DNA of 64,000 nucleotides from Lophium mytilinum (Eukaryota): NCBI GenBank assembly GCA_010093605.1, contig MU004203.1, positions 264,391 to 328,390 of the forward strand, read 5' to 3'. Shown piece by piece: positions 11,464 to 22,297 of this stretch (position 1 is its first letter; each line of letters starts with the position of its first letter). The notes under the pieces were generated by a model. It saw only the letters and a program-made list of their open reading frames with translations, ran no database searches and was not told where the DNA came from. The position numbers and the translations under genes were made by a program.

Positions 11464-13988
11464 CTAGCAAGTTGCCACCTCCAACTTAATATCGTCGATG
11501 TGGATCGTGTTCGAGACGCCTTCCCCGCACGCACTTTCGATGTAGAGCATGGTATCCAACACTCCCGTATCCATCAAGGTCAACCTATGCGTCGTGGGGC
11601 TTAAAACATATGCCATCTTATCTTTGAACTTAAAGTATGCGCTCACAGTGACCCACTCCCCGGCGGCAGGGACGGGTTGAGCGACCAAAGTGCTAGAGCA
11701 CGTATTGGTTGAATCCTCGTTCGCGTACCCGGGTTGGCTAGGCGCGTACTGGTGGAAGAAGGTGGTTCCGGAGGCAGATCCAAAGATGTAGCAATCGCTG
11801 CCCGAGGCGAACGGGCCAACGGCTTCCATCATGTAGGAGTACGTGACTTTGTACCACGTGTTGGCCTGCGCCATGGCGATGTTTTGGCTCATGGTAAACA
11901 TGGACGAGTCCTCGTTGGAGGGCGTGTTCATGGCGTAGATTAGATGCGGGCTGTTGGTTGGCGAGTCGGATGTGCCTACGACTGGGGCGTCGGATGTGCC
12001 GGTGTTTTGCATCACGGATACGGTCCAGCCAGCCAGGGTTCCGGTGTTGAAGTCGCCGTTGGTTATAAGGTTAGTGGCTGTTGGTCTACGGGAGTTGTCA
12101 GCCTCTTGTGTTTGAGTGTGGAGTACATTAGAAAATACTTACGTTGCTGATGTTGTGCTGGTAGTAATGGACGCCGCAGCGCTTGACTCGGAGCTAGCCG
12201 CGGCAGGTGTAGAGATAGATGCCGCAGCACTCAATGTAGAACTGGCCGCATCGGAACCAGATGTAGAACTAGCCGCAGCAAAACTGGATGTAGAACTGGC
12301 CGCATCGGAACCAGATGTAGAACTGGCCGCATCAGAACCAGATGTAGAACTAGCCGCAGCAAAACTGGATGTAGAACTGGCCGCATCAGAGCTAGATGTA
12401 GAACTGGCCGCATCAGAACTAGATGTAGAACTGGCCGCATCAGAACCAGATGTAGAACTGGTTGCAGCAGGGCTAGATGTAGAATCAGAACTAGATGTAG
12501 AACTGGCCGCATCAGAACCAGATGAGGAACTGGTCGCAGCAGAGCTAGATGTAGAACTAGCCGCATCAGAACTAGATGTAGAACTGGCCGCAGCAGAGCT
12601 GGATGTAGAGCTGGCCACATCAGAGCTTAACGTAGAGCTGGCCACAGCAGAGCTTAACGTAGAGCTGGCCACAGCAGAGCTTAACGTAGAGCCAGCTGCA
12701 GTAGAGCTGGATATAGAGCTGGCCGCCGCAGAGCTTAACGTAGAGCTGGCCGCATTAGAGCTAGATATAGAGCTGGCCACAGCAGAGCTTAACGTAGAGC
12801 TAGCCGCAGCACTCAATATAGAGCTAGCCGCAGCGGAGCTAGATGTAGAGCTAGCCGCGGTAGAGCTGGATATAGAGCTAGCCACAGCAGAGCTTAACGT
12901 AGAGCTGCTCACTACGTTGCGAGACTGGACGCTTGGCGTGATCACTTTTGTGCTGGTCTCTACTAGAGTGGATGTGACGAAGCTTGTCTGGATAACGGTG
13001 CTGAAGTCGGTTTTGATGGAAGTGGCACGAGGTTGACTAGCAGTTTTTGTCACTGTGATTGTAGAGGATCCGGTAGCAACGAGAGAGCAGGCTGCTGAGA
13101 TTTGCGATGGTGACCATGAAGCAATCGATACCGGCGTCGCAATGGCTGCGATGCGAGCCGCACGGCCGCGCTTTAGGGGAACAACCTGAGCGGCACTCAC
13201 TGTCTCGATGGAAACAGAAGTAATGACTTTGGCGACAACATCTACAGTAGTTACGGGGACGATCTTGGTCGAGTGGAACGTTGAGGTAGACGGTCTTAAA
13301 GTAACGGTGGTGGTGGTCACAGGTGCGACGTAGCTGATATACGATGAGCAGAACTTGGATCCCGTGCTTTTAAGATAGGCGATGTCGGCTGAGCAAATTG
13401 ATGGACCAGTGAAACTAGGAATAGTCTTATGAGCAGCTGATGTATATCCGTTGGAGCCCGCAATCGCAACCTCGAATGAGGATCGCATCTCGCCTGTGTG
13501 TTTGGCAGTGTTAGAGAATATCGGACCTGCCCATAAGGAACACTTGATGTTGGCGGTGGCTTTAGGGTTCGTGCAGCCAGTTCCTGGGTCTACCACCGGA
13601 TCTCTCTCAAAGTCTAGATGGGAAGTCAGTGGAAAAGCTGGTTCTAAAGAGACTGAGGCAGCGTACAAATGTTGAAACCAAGACAACCAGCTGCTTTATT
13701 ACATAGTGTGGCACATGCCGAAGGATCGTAGTTAGAGAGTGTGCTGACCCCCATGTATCCGTCGGCAGTGCTGGCGCCTCCAAGATTCACAAATGTCTTA
13801 TTGTAACCGGATGGCGTAGCTGCACCCTTCGCAGTCTTTGCGATATTGCTGTCATGTCGAAATCCTTGAGCGCACGAGAGGTCGACGTGGTAGGTGTTGG
13901 CGCTGGTCGGTTGAGCAAAGCAAGCATGCGGACGAGGGGCAGCGGCGGTTATGGCTGTCAAGGCGGAAAACACGATGCTGGTACGCAT
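11464..13988 (-). CDS. Secreted modular protein: Cys-rich N-terminal domain, Ser/Ala tandem-repeat stalk, C-terminal CBM4/9-like domain
   Basis: Signal peptide MRTSIVFSALTAITAA. Introns 13666-13614 and 12142-12086 join in frame (GFNI-Y|FERDP; SAT|PTATNLITNGDFNTGTLAGW). NGDF..G...W and IHIDDIKL resemble CBM_4_9-like domains. A further small intron near 11560-11610 is possible. Confidence 0.8.
12170..12910 (-). repeat. Coding tandem repeat, ~27-bp unit (AASSTSSSD / ASSTLSSAV)
   Basis: Recurring gatgtagaactggccgcatcaga and cttaacgtagagctggccacagcaga units. Confidence 0.9.
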
Positions 13989-14025
13989 TATTACGGATTA
14001 CGGGTAGCAGCAGGATTACTAAGTT

Positions 14026-14090
14026 AAACGAGTGTGTAGCAGCAGATTAAGTAAACGAGTGTGTAGCAGCGGAATCAGTGAACGAGTGTA
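14026..14090. repeat. ~27-bp tandem repeat (AAACGAGTGTGTAGCAGC..) x2.5 in the putative 5' UTR of the secreted modular gene
   Basis: Copies start at about 14026, 14053 and 14081. Confidence 0.75.
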
Positions 14091-15185
14091 ATGGTCCGCT
14101 GGCCAGAAAGGCCTTGACCGAGGGGAGTAATTAAGTACTCAGGAGCGCAATCAACGAACGACGCGACGGAAACAATTGCATTTAATGAGGGTACCTTTTG
14201 TGGGTTATGGGTGACTTAAATGCCAGAACCGACATAGACTGGAGGAACGCGGACACTAGGCGTTCGCGTGAGCCACGCAAGGCTGCATTGAGCGGCGGCA
14301 CTAGAACATTTACGCAGTTTGGACCTGAAGAAGTTCACGCGACGATTTTGTGGCGTAGACCGTTGCTTTAGCAGCACTCGGTGGGTGGGTGGCTGGCTGT
14401 CTGGAACCGCCTGGCGCACACTATGGGCGCCTCTTCAAAAGGGGCTCCGACCAGGGTGCCATCAGGGGTCCATGGGCGGCATCTTGGTCGACGGGCCTCA
14501 GCGGCTTCGCCGAAGACTTTGAGGCCCATTGGTTACGAATATCAAAGTTTGGGAATAATAACAAGGTGAAATCTACCCAGGTGGGCCAGGACAGCGAGCG
14601 TCCTAGCTAGGACAGAGAACGTCCTATGACAAGTGTGCCAGGACAAGACCTGTCCGTGATGTCGGTCAAGGCATTAAGGCCGAAACTACTTATCGACCCA
14701 AAACAATAAAAGAGCGGACGAAATCATCAGAGAATGGTCGCGCATGCAACAAAAGCAGGCCCCCTAAGCATATCTATCCACTTTTTCTGGAGGTTTTGAC
14801 GTTAGTTGTGGAGGTAGAAACTCTTGGTGCCTTGTTGCCTGACTGACAACCCAGACCTCGCCTACTGTGGCGGGTTTAATAGGTTCCCCCGACGGCAGAC
14901 CATCACTCGTCATCTCGACCACCTCGGGCACTTAGAAGCTGCCTAATAGAGATGTGAATACTTCCCGTCTCTTCTGCGGTCTGCGCGATGTTGGTCAGTA
15001 ATCATAGCAGTGTCTAGGGATAGTCTTAGGAATGAGCTGTGATTTCATATAGAGCAAGAGACTATAACTGCTTCTCTCTTATATGACTTGCACTAATTGA
15101 AGCACTAATACAGAAATCTATGCCTCGATCGCCATGCGCCAGACCACAGAACCTTTTACCCATCCCCCGCCCAAACTCTCCCCAA

Positions 15186-15865
15186 TCACTCCGAATCATG
15201 CGGCGTGCAATCCTCAGGGCAAAACAGCGGCGGGTGTCCCACATCGCCCCAATGATCTGTGTTCTTGCACGTGCACACATCATACGTCCACTTCCCGTTG
15301 CCAGACGAGTCCTTAATCGGGATCAAAAACTCAAACTCCTTGCCCTCCTCGCCGCCGTCGTCCTGCGAGATGCGGTCGACGGGGCAGCTCTCGTCGTTGT
15401 CCTGCTCGTGCAGGTGGCCCTTGACGTGCGCTACGCTCGGCACGATGGCCATGCTGCAGTGCCATGCGCCCTCATCGCACTTCGCTGCCGTGCCCTCGCC
15501 GACGCTGTCTGTCACGGTTTCAGACACTGAGGCGGAGATGCCGCCCGAGAGCCCGCCCGCGCTGATGCCGAGGTCGGCGCCGACGGTCCAGGTAGTGCCT
15601 ACGGAGTGGGATTCGGTCACGCTGATAGCTGGGGAGGGTTAGTTGATGAGGGTTAGGAGGGGTTGGGGTTGGGGAGCGTACTGTCGCCGCCGGGGACAGA
15701 GAGACCGATCTGCCAGGCGTCGCCGGCGATTTCTTCGCTGCTGTCGACTATAGGGCAGAAGAGGACGGGGTCGTAGATGATCTGGGGAGCGGGAACGGGA
15801 GCGGGGGCAGCTACGGCTGCGGTGGAGAGGAAAGCCGATGCGGCGAGAATCTCGGTGAGAAGCAT
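15186..15865 (-). CDS. Small secreted cysteine-rich protein (208 aa, 8 Cys), effector/toxin-like
   Basis: Signal peptide MLLTEILAASAFLSTAAVA. Intron 15681-15629 (GTACGC..CTAAC..CAG) joins PGGD-T|ISVTESHSVG in frame. Confidence 0.8.
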
Positions 15866-17365
15866 GATGAAGGCTGGAGAGCTGTTGGCTCTTGAGGTAA
15901 TCGATGAGATGAAGAGGAGATGCCGAGCGAAGAGATGGGATTGGAATGAGCTGGTGATGCTGAGAATAGACGATTACCTCGAGGTCTTTATACTCATCGT
16001 GAAGACCACCCATACAGCAGCGGTACGAGGTAGGTCTGCTGGTGCAACGAGTAGAACGTCATAGCACAGCTCTGAACATGTCTTGCCATCTACAAAAAGT
16101 CGCGATAGGATTCTGGCTATGCCTTGCCAAGTGCCATTGCCAAGTGCCAAGTCGTTAAGAGAGCTACTCAGGGCCAGAAAGGAGCCTCTCACAAGACGAT
16201 GCTGCAGATCTATTGCTGTATTGTAGCTGCCTGCCGTCATGAAGGAACCGAACCCGGGGAGAAGGAAGAAGATGGTGCTGGGAGGTTCCTAGCAAGTTGG
16301 TGCTGGCGGAGTTGGATCGATCGTCCATGCTTCTAAAACATCTCCGCCTTTACCTTTTACGCCCCCAACTTACCCCGGGAATGCACGGCTGCTCGAAAAA
16401 ATGTTGCAGTATCAGGGCCATTTGAATAGGTCCATAGTTAGAATGCGATGAATAGGCACCATATTGCCGCCTCTCAGCACACATTTTGAGTTCACTCGAT
16501 ATTCCGAATAGTGGACGATGGCACACGAAGGTGATGGAAGTCCAATCGTTCGTGTGGTTGTTTCGTGTGGGCGTGAATTTTGGGAGTAACCTCTGTACTA
16601 CAGTGCCACAGTACGTAAACGTTAGGACTTATGAAGATCCCAACATACCTTCCTAGATAGACTCCAACTTGCCTTCCTGGCCTAGGATAGTCGCAGGCGC
16701 AGCTCGTGAAGGTCTCAACCTGAAATCGGAAAAAACCCTTGTCATGGTTCGGTTGCCATCCGGACATATGTATAGAATAGTTACCATCACGCTAGAATAA
16801 AATTTAGGAAGTGGCGCATTTTGTGGAACGCGTATGACGTACCAGGTGAAAGTAGGATTCCACGATGTTTCAAGTAGGTAGGTGACAGACTTGGCAGCAA
16901 CTATTATTAGTAGAGAGTAACTTAATGCACCCCATAAACGATCAGATCCTTGCCAGATCGACTTCCGCCGCATCGCGTGGTAAAGTTTCGCCTCCACACT
17001 CCAACAACAGCCCCGGCCTAGCGTACCCCCTGGCCGACCTTCAGGTCAGCGCAGGGTTGAAGGTCTTGCGGGCCCGTCGTGGAGGTGGGGAGAGCTGGGA
17101 GAGGATGCGAACCAGAGTGCGCGCATAGAATCCCCACTAAAGCGTGGAGATGCAGAGAAACTGAGAAGAAAATGGACCCCGAGTGCCCGAATAAATCCCC
17201 GCTAAAGTGATCCTCGTGGAGGGCGATGTGCCGACGGCTAGCGGGTTATTTTGCTAGGAAGAGTGTTCCTGCTGCGGACTGTGGTTCTCAGCAGATGGTA
17301 GACTGGTGGTTGGGCACAATCTGAGGCCGAAGGTCTTTGAACCTGAGATTCTGGTTCAAGTCGAA

Positions 17366-17782
17366 TCAACGCTCCGTTCTCCAGGGGAGCAGATAGACCC
17401 ATATCATTCGTTTCTCATTGAGGAGGCCCTCTAAGGCTTCGAATGGCATTAGCGCGTCCTGTAACTCTCGGGGGTTGGCCTCGTTCTCGCAATCAAAATC
17501 CTTAAGAAATGGAAAAAACGAGTCTGGCAGCCTGGTATCCTTGGTCACGATTATCGTCGAGTAGAATGTCGTGTGCACATCGTGAACTGGATCGCATAGC
17601 AGGTATGGGAATCGTGCCGCCGGATGAAGTTCAAGTATGCGAACAACTTGCGACAATAGAGCTACGCGGTAGTGTATGTGGGAAGGGACAGATGAGTATT
17701 CCATGAGAAGTCTCCATGGTGACATTCGCATCTCTATCATCACGTCGGAGTGGGGATATGATAAATCGTCGCCTGAGAACAA
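17366..17782 (-). CDS. Hypothetical ORF (possible gene fragment)
   Basis: 138-aa ORF with no recognised motif and an uncertain start. Confidence 0.2.
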   Translation of the reverse strand: MFSGDDLSYPHSDVMIEMRMSPWRLLMEYSSVPSHIHYRVALLSQVVRILELHPAARFPYLLCDPVHDVHTTFYSTIIVTKDTRLPDSFFPFLKDFDCENEANPRELQDALMPFEALEGLLNEKRMIWVYLLPWRTER

Positions 17783-18522
17783 GACTTATGATGAACTTGT
17801 CTCAAGACTGGGGCGTTTGGCGTCGTGTATACTTGGGCCTAAGCGTGTAATGCACTTGATCTCGGCGATTGAAGCATCATCCGGAAGACTCTAGCATAAT
17901 GAGGTAGGATGAAACAAATGTGGAGTGGAATGGAAAAGGCCTGGGACGATTCCAAGCGAAATTTGCCAAGCACAAGTCACGTGCCCCCCCCCCCCCCCCC
18001 ACCCTGGTGCCGACATCGATGTTTGGACTGCTCTGATGGTCAGAAACGACTGTGGGGCTTATACTATGTTATCTCTGTCGGGTGCTTTGCGTCGTTGAGT
18101 CATGATATAATTTTGAGACCCACGTGACCTCGTCAATTGAGGCGTATCCAGAAATCTTCGTCACACTTGCATGGGTTGTCGTCGCATCTAACCTCCAGCG
18201 TCTATAGCACGACACCATTAACGTTATAACTTAGATTACTTTTGGCAAGTGTTTTAAACTCCGCATACACCGGACGTAGCTAGTTCTCTTATCTCCGTGT
18301 CTTCTGTTTTTCTATTTTTTCCAACTAGAATAAAGTGCCGTCCTCTATCAAAGAAAGCTTCCGCAATTTCAACCTCAACGTAGTTAAAGCACCCATTCGA
18401 CCCGTCCCTCTTAGTTCAGTCCTTCCTTGGCGTATTGGAACAATCGTTCTATTCTCATACATCATTCCATATATAACAACACATTCTCCTCTCTCCTCTC
18501 TCCCGTTCTCTCAGTCGCAGCA

Positions 18523-19176
18523 ATGCCAACACCAACGACAATACCAGCCCGTCACGGCGCCCACGCACTCCTCCACCCCGGTCAAAGCATCCGCATAACC
18601 AGTCCCTCCGGCCACCAAGTCGTCGATCTGTGGGCGTTCCCGCTCGCCGTCTCCACCCCCTCATTCCTCTCCATGGCGCAGTCACGGTCCAGGCTCTCAA
18701 GCATTAGGCCTAAAGTGAACGACACATTTGTCGATGCAAGAAGGAGGGCCGTGCTGACCATGATCGAGGATTCGAGTTCAGGGGTGCATGACATGCTGTT
18801 CCCGCCCTGCGATAAGTGGCGGTATGAGGAGGCGGGGGCGGAGGGGCACGGCAGCTGCGCTGCGAATCTTCGCACCGAGCTGGCGGCTTTCACAGCGAAG
18901 CTTCGTCTGCAAGGCGAGCTGGGCAGCCCGTTGATGGAGCTGGAGGAGAAGATTGGGGAGTGGGGGTGGACGCCTGAGCCCCTCAACTTGTTCATGAATG
19001 TTCCGGTTGGAGGGGACGGGGGACTGAGTGTTAAGAGGCCAGCGTGTACAGAGGGGAACTATGTGGTGCTGAGGGCGGAGACGGAGTGTCTTGTTGTGAT
19101 GAGTGCGTGCCCAAATGATCTACTAGATACGAATGGTGGGATGCCGGGGGATGCCGAGTTTGAAGTTTTAGAATAG
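18523..19176 (+). CDS. DUF1989 / urea-carboxylase-associated family protein
   Basis: Motifs GHQVVDLWAF, GVHDMLFPPCD, HGSCAANL, PEPLNLFMNVPV and VVMSACPND. Confidence 0.85.
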   Translation: MPTPTTIPARHGAHALLHPGQSIRITSPSGHQVVDLWAFPLAVSTPSFLSMAQSRSRLSSIRPKVNDTFVDARRRAVLTMIEDSSSGVHDMLFPPCDKWRYEEAGAEGHGSCAANLRTELAAFTAKLRLQGELGSPLMELEEKIGEWGWTPEPLNLFMNVPVGGDGGLSVKRPACTEGNYVVLRAETECLVVMSACPNDLLDTNGGMPGDAEFEVLE

Positions 19177-19512
19177 GCGATGATGGGGCGTTTGAAATCT
19201 TGAGTTAGGGGCTTTGTGATGAGGGTATCGTCTGCACGAATTGAGGCGGCTAGGTCGATAGGAGGTGTGATGCAAGCGTTTTGGACGTACCGCCAGTGCT
19301 GGACGTACCTGTGGTACCATTGGTGTCTATGAGCCCATAATATATCATATATATTTTAACTATTAAAAAGACTGTCCTCTCTCTTATAAATACCTTCGAG
19401 AGCACCGCTACTTTATTCAAACCGTGAACTCTATAGTTTCCTAGGTCTGTCTGTGATTTTGTAAAGTTAAATTATGCATCACGTTGAAGACGCACGTGAT
19501 CTTGTCAATCGG

Positions 19513-19760
19513 GGCGCCCTCTTCGACGCCGAAAAGAGTGTCGTTTTTAGGCACCGTGCGCACCCCACCAAAACGAACAAAACTCACCCAAATCTTGATT
19601 AAATTTTACTCTGAAACTCAGTAACGCGAGATAAGTTAATGGAGTTTATCTCTGCAATTTTTCAGGAAAGTTTACTACAGATTTGGGGAAGTTGTGTTGT
19701 TTTTGGTGGGGTGCGCACGGTGCCTAAAAGCGACACTTATTTCGGCGCCGAAGAGGCGCC
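19513..19760. mobile_element. Foldback / MITE-like long inverted repeat
   Basis: Arms ~19513-19635 and ~19645-19760 are reverse complements, with a perfect 29-bp core at 19545-19573 / 19701-19729. No target-site duplication evident. Confidence 0.6.
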
Positions 19761-19823
19761 GTCCAGAAATCTCCATCGCAATCATCACGACAACCTCGCG
19801 GACACCACCACACACAATCCATC

Positions 19824-20980
19824 ATGCCTCCACGATTAAACCTCCTCACTGTTCCGCGAACAATCGTATATCGGCCAAAGGTAGCCGCCTCTTCCCTGCG
19901 CAATGGCGTCCTGACGAGGACATCGCCGCTATGCCGCAACTACTCGGACTCCCCCGGCGCAGACCGATCGAAGGACCCCTCAACTCAGCCATTGGGTGGC
20001 GTCACTGAGGAAGCAGCCACAACTGCTGATATAACAGGCTCGAAAGGTCCTGAGCTGGAGCAGGGAACGCCGGTAGAAGAGGTGCGCTTCCCCGACGCAA
20101 TCTTGCCAGAGGAATACGCAATTGACTAATTTGCAATATAGATCGTAAAAGATGATAAGGAAGCGCAAGAAAAGCTCCCGAAGGTGATGCAAGATAGCAT
20201 CAAGAGCTCCGGACCCAAAGGCTCGCGGTCTTTCTCCACCTCCGCTATTCGCCGCGATTTTCACACCGAAGGACTCATCCAGGCGGAGATGCCTCCCCCA
20301 CTTGCTACTATGCCTCCCGGCGTGAAGTTTGGGCTACCCACGCTGCCAGTCCCGGCAGATGCGCATTTGAAGTATCGATATGACCCGGCGGTGAAGCTGT
20401 TCACGAATCTGATTATGGAGCACGGGAAGCTGAGTGTAGCGCAAAGGGTACGCGAATAGTTCATCTACCACAATCATATCTGCTGAGAGAACGCCGTTTT
20501 CGTTGCCAGAATGAATTGAGCTAATGGGTGTCTGATCCATAGAACATGGCCCTAATCCTCACCCATCTCCGCACCTCTCCTCCCCCGAATATTTCCCCGC
20601 TAAGACCTCTCCTGCCCGGAAGTCCGCCTCCGTCCCATCTTCCCCTAAATCCCACGCTCTATCTTACACTCGCCATTGACTCGATCGCACCACTTCTCCG
20701 TATCAGGTCGCAAAAGGGTGCCGCTGGTGGTGGTGTGGCATTGCAAATTCCTGTGCCTCTAGGTCTGCGCCAACGGAGACGAATCGCCGTGGAGTGGATT
20801 CTCGCAGCTGCGACAAAGCGGAAGAACCGGGGTAGCGGCAAGGGAGGATTTGCATTGAGGCTGGCGGAAGAGATCATTTCGGTCGTGGAGGGCAAGAGCA
20901 GCGTATGGGACAAGAGGGGCATGATACACAAACAGGGTGTGGCAGCACGAGCGAATTTGAAGTTAGGGATCAGGCGGTAA
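19824..20980 (+). CDS. RSM7: Mitochondrial ribosomal protein uS7m
   Basis: Arg-rich presequence. Introns 20082-20141 and 20448-20542. uS7 motifs FTNLIMEHGKLSVAQR, AIDSIAPL, QIPVPLGLRQRRRIAVEWI and IHKQGVAARAN. Confidence 0.9.
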
Positions 20981-22297
20981 GGCTGTCGTAGTATTGTGGT
21001 CGTTATGCATTGAGGGGGACATTCTGGTGTCTTGGAAAACTGGGGTTTGTAAATGTACATAAATGTTTCTCATTCGGGCACGCCGGAGATGCGTGCTAAT
21101 TGAGGAAATCAGCTTGGGAGCTTACGCTCTTTACAGTACTTGCCCCTTGTGATTTGGTGCAAAAGAATTCCATGGCCCAATAGGCATTGATGGTGCTTTG
21201 AGTAGTTGTTCTTCTTCTCGCTCATGTACGAGTCCACTCTACTCAATTTACATCTAAAAGTTTCCATGATTCCGTCATCAATCACCAAGATGTGCCCATA
21301 CATCTCGTTATGATTCAGTCCTCTTAGCAACGATTTTGACGCCTAGCCGACTGTTTATCAATTGCACGTTGCACAAAATACATATATGAATCCCTGCAAG
21401 CTTTACGTCAAGAAGAAGTCTCGGCATTACGCTCAATATCAGATCCGCATATGCCCAGACCAGCCAAGGATACGTACGGCATGGCTGCCGGGAACAACCG
21501 GAGTGTGCTTGACGCTGTATACTTGAATTCTATAGCCTGATATTCGGTGTTTTTAATGTTGCTGCTAGCGCTGTACCAACGGTAATAAATGAAGCTCCTT
21601 TGGGCCTCTATCAATTCAAAATGTCCTCTTGGAAAGCTTCCTAAAAGCTTCCTGGCCCGGGCTGAGCATTTCTTTTTCTGCATGGCGCCAAGGGCTGAAG
21701 CGATTCCACCTCACAACACCGTGCTAGGGAGCTGCGACTAGGTCCGAAGACGACGACGACTATCGTGCCCGACACTACGCCTGTTCTGACTCCCGCCCTT
21801 CTGCCTGCGCTGACCCCAACTTCTCTATGTCTTCCAAAGCAAACACTGGACAACCTCTGTTCTCCGACAGCGGCTAACACGCGATTGACTCAGCACCTGG
21901 AGCCACCCCGCCCTCGTTGACACAGTCTTGAACAGCACCGCCTTAGCCGTCCTATTGCTACCTCGACCTCCGCTGGCGACCGCTGGCATCCTTCTTTCAT
22001 TGAGTTGAGAGGTCTCTCGACGATGCAGTAACGGACAGACTCATAGTTCGAGATACGAGCCCCTCCCCGCCGCCACGCAGTCACTCCACACCTGCAAACG
22101 ACCCACCGCAGTACCGCCGCCTTTCTCTCCGCAGCCACGGCGAGCTACTGCTCCGCTACAATCTTTTGCTCGACTATCAAATTCACCACGAAACCTCCGA
22201 ACAGCCTCGGGGCCGCCCCCTAGACAAGTTATCGGGCTCCTCCGATAGCCTTGCTAGAACCCTCGGACCCCACCACCGCAGACCTTCTACACCCACC

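Noticed and set aside
12116..13036. 306-aa + strand ORF of DVELAASE repeats
   Set aside because: Antisense shadow of the Ser/Ala coding repeat. The minus-strand gene has a signal peptide and proper introns.
17984..18000. Poly-C tract
   Set aside because: A simple homopolymer with no associated element.
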